Source of the DNA: an uncultured bacterium
Lineage (GTDB): Bacteria; Patescibacteriota; Patescibacteriia; Patescibacteriales; SZUA-104
Assembly (NCBI GenBank): GCA_913009695.1
Contig: CAJVWV010000002.1
Span: 1-53,464 of the forward strand
Direction: 5' to 3'
DNA: 53,464 nucleotides
Both the position numbers and the translations under genes were made by a program. The notes under the pieces are model-generated. The model saw only the letters and a list, made by a program, of their open reading frames with translations, searched no databases and was not told the DNA's origin. Shown piece by piece: positions 29,182-37,515 of the stretch (position 1 is its first letter; every line of letters starts with the position of its first letter).

Positions 29182-29523
29182 TTAAGATTCCTTTAATAAC
29201 TCTAAAATATGCTTCTCAAAAATTGGCAAATCATCTTTTATTGTTTTCCATAATATATCTTCATCAACGCCAAAATATTCATGAGTCACTTTATTTCTCA
29301 TGCTTACGGCTTCACTCCACGCAATGTCAGAATTTTCTGATTTTATATTTTCTGGCATATTCTTTGATGCTTCTCCGATTATCGTTAAGTTTCTAACAAT
29401 AGCGTCAATTATTAAAGTGTTTTTACGAAATTCGTCAAAATCCATACCTGCCACATATCTCTCTATTCTCTCAATAGACTGCTTAATGTCTTCTAAATAT
29501 AATTTTGCTCCTCTTTTAGACAT
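29182..29523 (-). CDS. HEPN-domain (DUF86/HepT-like) ribonuclease toxin
   Basis: RNKVTHEYFGVD (R-x4-H-x-Y), IIGEA. Confidence 0.9.
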   Translation of the reverse strand: MSKRGAKLYLEDIKQSIERIERYVAGMDFDEFRKNTLIIDAIVRNLTIIGEASKNMPENIKSENSDIAWSEAVSMRNKVTHEYFGVDEDILWKTIKDDLPIFEKHILELLKES

Positions 29524-29806
29524 AAATAACTTCCTTAAGAATATCTTTTTTTATAGCCTGCTTAATGGCCTTTTTTGAAACTAAATCAACTTTTTTACGC
29601 AAAGTTTTGCTTAAAAAATTTTCCAACCTGATGAAATCAAAAAATCCTATGGGAGAACTGAATTCCACCAATATATCTATATCGCTTCCTTTCGCCTGTT
29701 TATCCCTAACAACAGAACCAAAAATCCCCATTTTTTTTACATGGTATTTATCTTTCAAAAAAGGAAGCTGAATATTTATTTTTTCTTTTATTTCCTGTTT
29801 GTCCAT
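29516..29806 (-). CDS. Minimal nucleotidyltransferase (MntA-like) antitoxin
   Basis: FGSVVR...SDIDILVEF, KVDLV; overlaps the HEPN start. Confidence 0.9.
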   Translation of the reverse strand: MDKQEIKEKINIQLPFLKDKYHVKKMGIFGSVVRDKQAKGSDIDILVEFSSPIGFFDFIRLENFLSKTLRKKVDLVSKKAIKQAIKKDILKEVIYV

Positions 29807-29839
29807 ATAATTTTTATATTTTAATCACGTAAGCCCCAC

Positions 29840-30062
29840 AACTTCCATCGAGTTTTAGCTCGGGTCTAGGCGGCTTTAACCGCATCTCTAATATACTTCG
29901 CCGCGGCAGAATCTCTCCGCAGAGGATTCTGCCGTTTTCCTCCGATAATACGGCTATTTTATAATGAGATGGTTACAAAAGTCTCTTTCGCAACGAAAGC
30001 TTTCCTACTCCCACTTCTACCGAGCTTTAGCTCAGGGTATAGGCGGCTTTAGCCGCCATCCA
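29840..30062. repeat. Two diverged direct copies of a palindromic repeat with an intervening hairpin
   Basis: acttccatcgagttttagctcgggtctaggcggctttaaccgc (about 29841) and acttctaccgagctttagctcagggtataggcggctttagccgcc (about 30013); cggcagaatc...gattctgccg between. Confidence 0.7.
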
Positions 30063-30082
30063 AACGAGCGTTAAAAATAAAA

Positions 30083-30586
30083 TTATTCTGGTAATTTATT
30101 TTTTATAGCTTCTATTTCAATCAACTCTTTTACCTTTTTCCTTAAACCGCAGCTTCTTGTAATATGATTTATAGTTTTTTCTTCGCCTGCCACCTCGCTA
30201 ATTAATTTTATAAGTTCGTCTGATTTAAAAACTCGCCCTTCGGATGCTTCAACTTCTATGTTATTGTTTTTAATCTTAAAATACAAATCATCCAAGCTCT
30301 GCGGCTCGCTTATGTATCGTTCGTTTCTTATTTCGTTTTTATATTTTTCAATATCTTCATCTGTCAATTCTTCTTGGGATCCTGTCTTTTCTTGATGTAG
30401 CTCTGAAGCTTTGGTTTTTATTATTTTATTCATTGTATCTACTTTCTTATCTCTTTTCTCAAATTCATACCTTTCTTGATTAGATGAGGCTTGATATATT
30501 TCATCTTTAAGTTTTTTTATTTTTTCTTCTTAATTTTGTTCGGGATTAACGTGGGTGTTCATTATGCCCAATTCTAAATTACTCAT
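30083..30586 (-). pseudogene. Charged hypothetical protein with in-frame TAA
   Basis: ATG 30586 is in frame with ORF 30083..30433; single TAA at 30530-30532 (...NPEQN*EEKIKK...). Confidence 0.5.
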
Positions 30587-30668
30587 AGTTTTGTGTGGCA
30601 AATAAATTGCCAAAATTATTAGTTAATTATTAAATGTTTCCACCACCCTTATTATAATAAATATTTAC

Positions 30669-33600
30669 CTATTTGTCCACAACCGTCACAACCCCGCCCA
30701 ACGCTCCCCTTATAGCTCCCACAAGCGAATCATTATGATTAACTCTAAAACTCGTTTCAATTATTTTATTGCCCTCGCCCTCTTTAACCTTAAAATACAC
30801 CTTACAATCGCCGGAATGCTCTACGAACATTTCTCTTAATTTATTAAGCGTAATTTCGTCAAGTTCTTTGTTGAAAATTATCTTAAGAGGCGGGTTATTA
30901 TTTATGTTCTTTTTTATGGCGTTATTAACGTTTACCGCCGGCTCAGCTTTTTTCGGAGCATAATTATTAAATTGCCCGTTTCTTCTGCCGTCAAAAACCT
31001 GAATGGCCTTAAAACGCTTTATAGAATTTTCAACATTGTCTAATGTTAATTCTACAGCCTTATTGGCTAATAATTTTATTTCCTGATCTTTATCTGAAAT
31101 TTTTCCCTGGCAAAGAACAACCTTCCCTTCCACCCATATTAATTCTGTTTCTTTTAACATCCTTGGAAAAACTAAAACTTCTATGCTCTTAACAGAGTCT
31201 TCAATTTTTACGAAAAGCATTTGTTCATTTTTGCGGGTCATAATTTTTTTTACGCCGGTAATCACGCCCGCTACGTTTACATCCTCTTTTGGCTTATCAA
31301 CTGACAATTCTGACAATGGAATAGCAACGCCGTCTAAATAATTCTTAAAATCAGTTAACGGATGCTCGGTAATATATACTCCGAGCAGTTCTTTTTCCCA
31401 TGATAAAATTTCCTGCTTCGTAGCTTTAGGCGCAGGCGCTAATTTTATTTTATGTTCAATATTTAAAACAGGCGCGCCCGCGAAAAGGCTGGTTTGTCCA
31501 TTATTTTGCGAAGCGCTAATTTCTTTACTGAATTGAAGTATGTTTTCCATGTTGCCTAAAATTTGCCCTCTTTCCGAAAATTTATCTAATGCCCCGCTCT
31601 TAGTAAGGCTTTCTAACGATTTCTTGTTTAGATCCTTATCATTAATTCTTTCCAAGAAATCAGTAATATCTTTGAATGCTCCATTTTCTTTACGTTCTTC
31701 AATAATTACCTCAGCAATATTCTCGCCAACATTTTTAATAGCTCTTAACCCGAAACGAATTGTATTAATTTTTTCTTCTTTGCCGACAACTTCATTTTTT
31801 TCCGTGCCGGTTGTAACAGCGGTAAAAGAACCAAACGACTGGTTTATATCCGGACTTTTTACTTCAATACCCATTTTACGGCACTCTTCAATTTCCACCG
31901 CTATTCTATCTATGTTTTGCTGATCCGCGGTTAATAGCGCCGCCATAAATTCTGTCGGCCAACGCGCTTTTAAATACGCGGTCTGATAACCAATAAGCGC
32001 GTAACAAGCGGCATGCGAACGGTTAAATCCGTATCCGGCGAACGGCTCAATAAATGAAAATATTTTTTCAGCCAGCATGCTATTTATTCCGTTTTTAACA
32101 CATCCGTCAATAAACTTTTCTTTTTGTTCAACTAATAATTTTACAATTTTCTTTCCCACCGCTTTACGTAAAACATCAGCCTCAGCCATAGTAAATCCGG
32201 CTAAATCACGAGCCATCTGCATGACCTGCTCCTGATAAATCGCGACCCCGTAAGTCTTTTTTAAAATCGGTTCTAATTTCTCGTGTAAATATTTTGGTTT
32301 TTTTCTGCCATGTTTTCCGGCAATATAATCAGGGATCCATTCCATCGGACCGGGCCGATACAAAGCCACCATAGCGATAATATCTTCAAAGTCGGTCGGC
32401 TTTAACTCACGCATATATCGTTTCATTCCCGAGGACTCAAACTGAAACACGCCAGTAGTCTCCCCTTTTTGAAATAACTTATACGCTCTTTTATCATCCA
32501 AAGGAATCTTATCAATATCAATTTCTATTCCTCGGGTATTTTTTATAATTCTTATCGCCGACTCAATGATGGTTAAATTTTTAAGCCCTAAAAAATCCAT
32601 TTTTAATATTCCTAAATCCTCAGTCGGATGAAGGGAGTACTGCGAAACAATACTCTTGTCTGATGATGAAGCGAACTGCAATGGAACATATTCGTTTAAC
32701 GGATCTTTTGTAATTATAACTCCGCAGGCGTGCGTTGACGCGTGTCTAGCAACGCCTTCCAGTTTTCTGGCAAAATCTATTATTTTTTTTCCCGCGTCTT
32801 CTTTGTAAATTTCCTTTAATTCGGAAACGGTTTTAAGCGCTTCATCAATCTTAGTAAACATGGGAATCATCTTAGCCAGTTTATCGCAATAATCATAAGG
32901 ATAATCCAAAACACGGCCAACGTCCCTAACCGCGGCGCGCGCCGCCATTGTTCCAAAAGTAATAATTTGCGCTACATGGTCTTTGCCGTATTTTTCTTCA
33001 ACATATCTAATAACTTCATCGCGGCGAACATCGGCAAAATCCAAATCAATATCAGGCATAGAAATACGGTCAGGGTTCAAAAACCGCTCAAATAATAAAT
33101 CATATTTAAGCGGATCTAAATTAGTAATTCCCGTTAAATAGCAAACTAAGGAACCGGCGGCTGAACCGCGTCCGGGACCAACAACAATTCCGTTATCTTT
33201 TGCCCAATTTACAAAATCAGCCACAATTAAAAAATAAGACGGCCACCCCATTTTTTTAATTACCTCAAGCTCAAAATCCAGCCTTTTTTTAACGTCTTTC
33301 ATTAGTTGATCAGAAATCCCCCTTGCCCCCTTTAATAAAGGGGGAGATTCTTGATAGCTCCCCCCTTTAGTAAAGGGGGGTTGGGGGGATTTTTGACCGT
33401 GCTCTCCATACCTTTTCTCTATCCCTTCTTCACACCATTTTCTAAGTAAGCTGTTTCCGTCTTCGCCTTTTGGCACTTCAAAATGCGGAAGCTGAATATT
33501 GCCTAACTCAATTTCTAGATTACATTTATCCGCGATTTTAATCGTATTTTCTATCGCCCCGGGCGCGTCCTTAAACGCTTCTATCATATCCCTTGCCGGA

Positions 33601-34340
33601 CGCATTGAATAATCAACTCCTGTCATATTCATACGGTCGCGGTCATCCATTTTCTTTTTGTTTTGTAAACAAAGCAAAACGTCCTGCGCTTCATCATCTT
33701 CTTTTTTTAAATAATGGATGTCATTAGTCGCGACGAGTGGTACATTTAGTTCACGCGAAAATTCAATTAATTTTTTATTAACCTGATCCTGACCTTCTAG
33801 GTCGGCGTGATCTTGAAGTTCTAAATAAAAATTATCCTGGCCAAAAAGTTTATTATATTCTAAAATTCTTTTTTTAGCTTTCTCTTCTTTTCCGGACAAA
33901 ATTAGATGCGGAATTTCTCCGCCTAGGCAGGCAGTAAGACCAATAAGACCCTTGCTATATTTTTCTAAAACTTTCCAGTCAATTCTCGGTTTATAATAAT
34001 AACCCTCTAGGTGCGCTATGCCGGTAAGCTTAATTAAATTATTATAACCTTCCTTGTCGCGGGCTAAAAGTATTAGATGGTGATAATTAGATTCATCGGC
34101 TTTAGACACTTTGTCATGCCTTGAGTTCGGCGCTAAATAAGCCTCAACTCCTATAATCGGTTTTATATCGGCTTTTTTGCATTTTTGAAAAAACTCTATC
34201 GCTCCATACATAACTCCATGATCAGTTAACGCCAAGGCCGACGCGCCGTCTTCTTTCGCCGCATTAATAAGATCGTCAATTTTGGCGAGCCCGTCTAATA
34301 AGGAATAATGCGAATGTGTATGCAAATGCACGAATTTCAT
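30669..34340 (-). CDS. dnaE: DNA polymerase III alpha subunit
   Basis: HLHTHSHYSLLDG PHP domain, GPGRGSAAGS, MPDIDLDF, KMDFLGL, GYGFNRSHA. Confidence 0.98.
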   Translation of the reverse strand: MKFVHLHTHSHYSLLDGLAKIDDLINAAKEDGASALALTDHGVMYGAIEFFQKCKKADIKPIIGVEAYLAPNSRHDKVSKADESNYHHLILLARDKEGYNNLIKLTGIAHLEGYYYKPRIDWKVLEKYSKGLIGLTACLGGEIPHLILSGKEEKAKKRILEYNKLFGQDNFYLELQDHADLEGQDQVNKKLIEFSRELNVPLVATNDIHYLKKEDDEAQDVLLCLQNKKKMDDRDRMNMTGVDYSMRPARDMIEAFKDAPGAIENTIKIADKCNLEIELGNIQLPHFEVPKGEDGNSLLRKWCEEGIEKRYGEHGQKSPQPPFTKGGSYQESPPLLKGARGISDQLMKDVKKRLDFELEVIKKMGWPSYFLIVADFVNWAKDNGIVVGPGRGSAAGSLVCYLTGITNLDPLKYDLLFERFLNPDRISMPDIDLDFADVRRDEVIRYVEEKYGKDHVAQIITFGTMAARAAVRDVGRVLDYPYDYCDKLAKMIPMFTKIDEALKTVSELKEIYKEDAGKKIIDFARKLEGVARHASTHACGVIITKDPLNEYVPLQFASSSDKSIVSQYSLHPTEDLGILKMDFLGLKNLTIIESAIRIIKNTRGIEIDIDKIPLDDKRAYKLFQKGETTGVFQFESSGMKRYMRELKPTDFEDIIAMVALYRPGPMEWIPDYIAGKHGRKKPKYLHEKLEPILKKTYGVAIYQEQVMQMARDLAGFTMAEADVLRKAVGKKIVKLLVEQKEKFIDGCVKNGINSMLAEKIFSFIEPFAGYGFNRSHAACYALIGYQTAYLKARWPTEFMAALLTADQQNIDRIAVEIEECRKMGIEVKSPDINQSFGSFTAVTTGTEKNEVVGKEEKINTIRFGLRAIKNVGENIAEVIIEERKENGAFKDITDFLERINDKDLNKKSLESLTKSGALDKFSERGQILGNMENILQFSKEISASQNNGQTSLFAGAPVLNIEHKIKLAPAPKATKQEILSWEKELLGVYITEHPLTDFKNYLDGVAIPLSELSVDKPKEDVNVAGVITGVKKIMTRKNEQMLFVKIEDSVKSIEVLVFPRMLKETELIWVEGKVVLCQGKISDKDQEIKLLANKAVELTLDNVENSIKRFKAIQVFDGRRNGQFNNYAPKKAEPAVNVNNAIKKNINNNPPLKIIFNKELDEITLNKLREMFVEHSGDCKVYFKVKEGEGNKIIETSFRVNHNDSLVGAIRGALGGVVTVVDK

Positions 34341-34416
34341 AATTTATGTAGGATTACCCCGTTTAATTTGAGCGAAACGAAAATTATTTCGGGGTGAACA
34401 AATTTCATAATAATTA

Positions 34417-34453
34417 CCCCCTCTCCTTACTAAGGAGAGGGTTGGGGTGAGGT
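34417..34453. repeat. CCTCTCCTT-ACT-AAGGAGAGG palindromic repeat
   Basis: 34420-34452 matches the in-frame copy in hypE (10375-10407) at 29/33. Confidence 0.8.
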
Positions 34454-34498
34454 TATTTATACCTTTATAATATACCATTTTTATATAAATTGGCAAAC

Positions 34499-34925
34499 AA
34501 AAAAGAGAGGTAAACAAATGGTCGTTTATCGCTCTCTTTTTTAACGGCTTGAGTTTCAATTGGCATCCGCCAACCTAAAAAACTTCTTTTTATATATTAA
34601 ATTTAGAGTGCAAAATGGCGGCTATCTGGATAACCAGTGAATCCACAAATAAACAAATTAATAAAAAAAATAAAACTTATTTAATTGCGGCATTAGCCGC
34701 CATACTACCCTCTAAATTTTATAGAACTTTCCTTTCTAAAATCATCATAAGATAGTGTTCTGTGAATTATTGCCAGCCATATTTAGCGATAAAAGCTAAT
34801 AAGGCTTGACATCCATGCGGATGATGATCTTAGAACGGAACCTCTTGTGAACATTGTGAATGTATTCACAAGAGGTAGTGGGGACGGCTGACGTTAGTAT
34901 TATGTATATGCCAGCCGCCACCAAA
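34499..34925 (-). ncRNA. Candidate structured RNA / long structured 3' region ending in a terminator
   Basis: Five stems visible by eye; mismatches resolve as G-U pairs on the minus strand; no known family recognised. Confidence 0.55.
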
Positions 34926-34930
34926 ACAAA

Positions 34931-35044
34931 TTAAAAGGAGAAATGGGATACAACAACCTTAAAAAAGACTATTGCACAGATTATTATTATGGTGATACAG
35001 TATGTTCTATTTTTAAAACATTCTCTGATTTCTTCCATAATCAT
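34931..35044 (-). CDS. 37-aa hydrophobic peptide
   Basis: AAAGGAG RBS; MIMEEIRECFKNRTYCITIIIICAIVFFKVVVSHFSF; below the ORF-track size cutoff. Confidence 0.55.
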   Translation of the reverse strand: MIMEEIRECFKNRTYCITIIIICAIVFFKVVVSHFSF

Positions 35045-35107
35045 TTTGTCCCGCTCCTTTGTTTTGTACAGATTTGGAATGTACTATCGTCCTAAGAACG
35101 ATATATT

Positions 35108-35136
35108 AGTATACCACACTTCATAAATCATGTCAA
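35108..35136 (-). promoter_or_regulatory. Near-consensus sigma70 promoter
   Basis: TTGACA-17-TATACT with extended -10 TG. Confidence 0.75.
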
Positions 35137-35251
35137 GGATTTAATAATATATTCTACTTTTATAGCTAAAATTAGCCAAAAAATATATAAAATATAAAAA
35201 AGCTGAGCTTCCATCTGAAAACTCAGCTTCTTAATAATTCCTTATTACTCT

Positions 35252-36136
35252 TTACTTATTACTTTTAACTTTGTCCGTCATTTCTCCTAATTCTTCATCG
35301 CTATAAAAATCAATAATAATTTGTCCACCTTTTCTTTTTCTTTTTATCTCAACTTTTGTGCCGAAATATTCCCTAAAGGCAAATTCTTTGTCTTTGTCCT
35401 TGTAATTAATTTTTACTTTGGCTTGTTTCGTTCCGCCCATGCGCCGCGCTTCCAGCGTTGCATCTTCAACCGACATCTTATTAGCAAGCAACTTTCTAAA
35501 TAAAGTCATCTGCTTAACCTCGGTATCTAATCCGGATAAGATCTTCGCGTGACCCTCGGAAATTCTTCCTTCAATTAAGGCCATCTGTATTTCTTCAGGT
35601 AAATTCAATATACGCAAAATATTCGTTACGGACGAACGCGACTTTCCCACCCTTTTAGCAACCGCTTCCTGATTTAAATTAAATTCATCAATAAGTTTCC
35701 GATAAGCCAACGCAGTTTCAATAGGATTTAAATCTTCCCTTTGTAAATTTTCAATCAAAGCCACTTCAAGTTTTTCTTGGGCAGAGGCGTCTCGAATTAT
35801 AACCGGAACTTTTTCTAATCCAATTATCTTTGCTGATCTAAGGCGACGCTCTCCGGCAATAAGTTCATATCTCCCTTCTTTTTCAGTTACAACCAAAGGC
35901 TGTATTATACCGTATCGCTTTATTGACTCTACTAATTCGTCCATCTGATGCCCGGCAAAACTTGTTCTTGGCTGCATTGGATTAATATTAATTTTTGCAG
36001 GGCTTATCTTTAATATCTTGTCTTTGTCAGCGTCAGAAGTAATATTAATAACCGCTTCGCCTGACGAGTCTGTTGCTTCTTTATTTACTTTTTGCGGAAT
36101 AAGAGAACTAAGTCCCCTTCCAAGTCCGTTGGTCAT
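35252..36136 (-). CDS. parB: Chromosome partitioning protein ParB
   Basis: GLGRGLSSLI, NPMQPR, IAGERRLR, ENLQREDL, HTH GKSRSSVTN. Confidence 0.95.
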   Translation of the reverse strand: MTNGLGRGLSSLIPQKVNKEATDSSGEAVINITSDADKDKILKISPAKININPMQPRTSFAGHQMDELVESIKRYGIIQPLVVTEKEGRYELIAGERRLRSAKIIGLEKVPVIIRDASAQEKLEVALIENLQREDLNPIETALAYRKLIDEFNLNQEAVAKRVGKSRSSVTNILRILNLPEEIQMALIEGRISEGHAKILSGLDTEVKQMTLFRKLLANKMSVEDATLEARRMGGTKQAKVKINYKDKDKEFAFREYFGTKVEIKRKRKGGQIIIDFYSDEELGEMTDKVKSNK

Positions 36137-36140
36137 ATGT

Positions 36141-36242
36141 TTAAATTTTCAATTTCTAATTTTCAATTTTCAAACAATTACTAATTAAATAATTAATAAA
36201 TTAAAAATTGTTTGAAAATTGAAAATTGAAAATTAATTAATT
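36141..36242. repeat. Inverted heptamer array (AATTTTC / GAAAATT)
   Basis: aattttcaatttctaattttcaattttcaaacaatt ... aattgtttgaaaattgaaaattgaaaatt between parA and parB. Confidence 0.8.
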
Positions 36243-36251
36243 TTATAAGTG

Positions 36252-37025
36252 TTATGCCTTACGCGTTTCTAAATCCACCACTTCCCTAGCAAGACGTTCA
36301 TACGCTTTTCCTCCTTTTGACTTTGGATCATAATGCAGTATTGAACGGCCATAACTCGGAGCTTCGGCCAGTCTTACGCTTCTTGGAATTACTGAACGAA
36401 AAACCCGGTTGGGAAAATATTGGTACAATTCATTCATAACCGATTCGGACAACCTATTTCTTTTATCAAACATAGTTATAACCGCACCCATTATTCCAAG
36501 TTCCGGCTTTAAATTGGATTGCACTAATCCAATCGTATTTAAAAGCTGACCCAAACCTTCCAGGGCATAATATTCGCTCTGAATCGGAATTAATATTTCG
36601 TCAGCTGCTACTAAACTATTTATCGTTAATAGTCCCAAAGAAGGTGGACCGTCAATTATAATATAATCGTATTCATCTCTAACACTCTCTAGAATTTTTG
36701 ATAATTTATATTCTCTGTCTTCCATGCCAACCATTTCAATGCCGGCACCAGCTATGGATATTGTGGCAGGAGCGACCTTATATCCGTCCTGTATGGTTCG
36801 TTTTATTACTTCGTATATTGGTTTTGTTCCGATAATCGCTTCATATACTCCATGTTCTAAATTCTTATGATCTATTCCAAGACCTGATGTGGCGTTAGCC
36901 TGCGGGTCTATATCCACTAGTAAAACATGCATACCCAAATTAGCCAGATAAGCGCCTAAATTAACAGCGGTAGTGGTTTTTCCAACACCGCCCTTTTGAT
37001 TGACTACAGCAATTATTTTTCCCAT
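36252..37025 (-). CDS. parA: Chromosome partitioning ATPase ParA/Soj
   Basis: NQKGGVGKTTT, DIDPQANAT, DGPPSLG, RLAEAPSYG. Confidence 0.95.
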   Translation of the reverse strand: MGKIIAVVNQKGGVGKTTTAVNLGAYLANLGMHVLLVDIDPQANATSGLGIDHKNLEHGVYEAIIGTKPIYEVIKRTIQDGYKVAPATISIAGAGIEMVGMEDREYKLSKILESVRDEYDYIIIDGPPSLGLLTINSLVAADEILIPIQSEYYALEGLGQLLNTIGLVQSNLKPELGIMGAVITMFDKRNRLSESVMNELYQYFPNRVFRSVIPRSVRLAEAPSYGRSILHYDPKSKGGKAYERLAREVVDLETRKA

Positions 37026-37056
37026 AATAAATATATTATAACTTATTTTCTCTTCT

Positions 37057-37085
37057 TTGACAATTTAAGAAACTTAAACTATAAT
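37057..37085 (+). promoter_or_regulatory. Consensus sigma70 promoter of tRNA-Leu
   Basis: TTGACA-17-TATAAT. Confidence 0.8.
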
Positions 37086-37120
37086 AAAATCGCAAGCCTA
37101 AAAGGCTTTTTTTATATTTT

Positions 37121-37204
37121 GCCTCGGTGGCGGAACTGGTAGACGCGCGGGATTCAAAATCCCGTAGTAGTAATACTGTGAGAGTTCGATTCTCTCCCGA
37201 GGCA
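37121..37204 (+). tRNA. tRNA-Leu(CAA)
   Basis: GCCTCGG acceptor pairs with CCGAGGC; anticodon arm CGGGA-TTCAAAA-TCCCG; long variable arm; GTTCGATTC. Confidence 0.95.
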
Positions 37205-37515
37205 CAGAGCGGAAAAATTTAATTTTAAAGGGAATAAAAAAATAAATACAAGGGGGGGGCAAAGCCCCTCTGACCCCAAAAAAGAGGACGAAAAAAAAGG
37301 AACATCAATTTAAAAACGCTTTAAAGCGAGCGGGGCGAGCAAAAAACAACACGACAAAACGAGGGGGCGAAATGTTTTCTCTTTGCTATTTGTTTTCTCT
37401 TTGTTTAATAAATTCGCCATCCGCCCCGACCACCGCCCCGAAAAACGAAAAACAAAAAACCCGAGCAAGTCGGGATTTTCGTTTTCTTTTGGATTAAAAC
37501 TATTACTTCTTCTTC

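Noticed and set aside
33300-33410. Intein in DnaE
   Set aside because: Insert is only about 27 aa, lacks C/S...HN splice motifs and is explained by a DNA palindrome pair.
34344-34559. 71-aa ORF upstream of dnaE
   Set aside because: Non-ATG start; made of a terminator and a palindromic repeat (LTPTLSLVRRGG).
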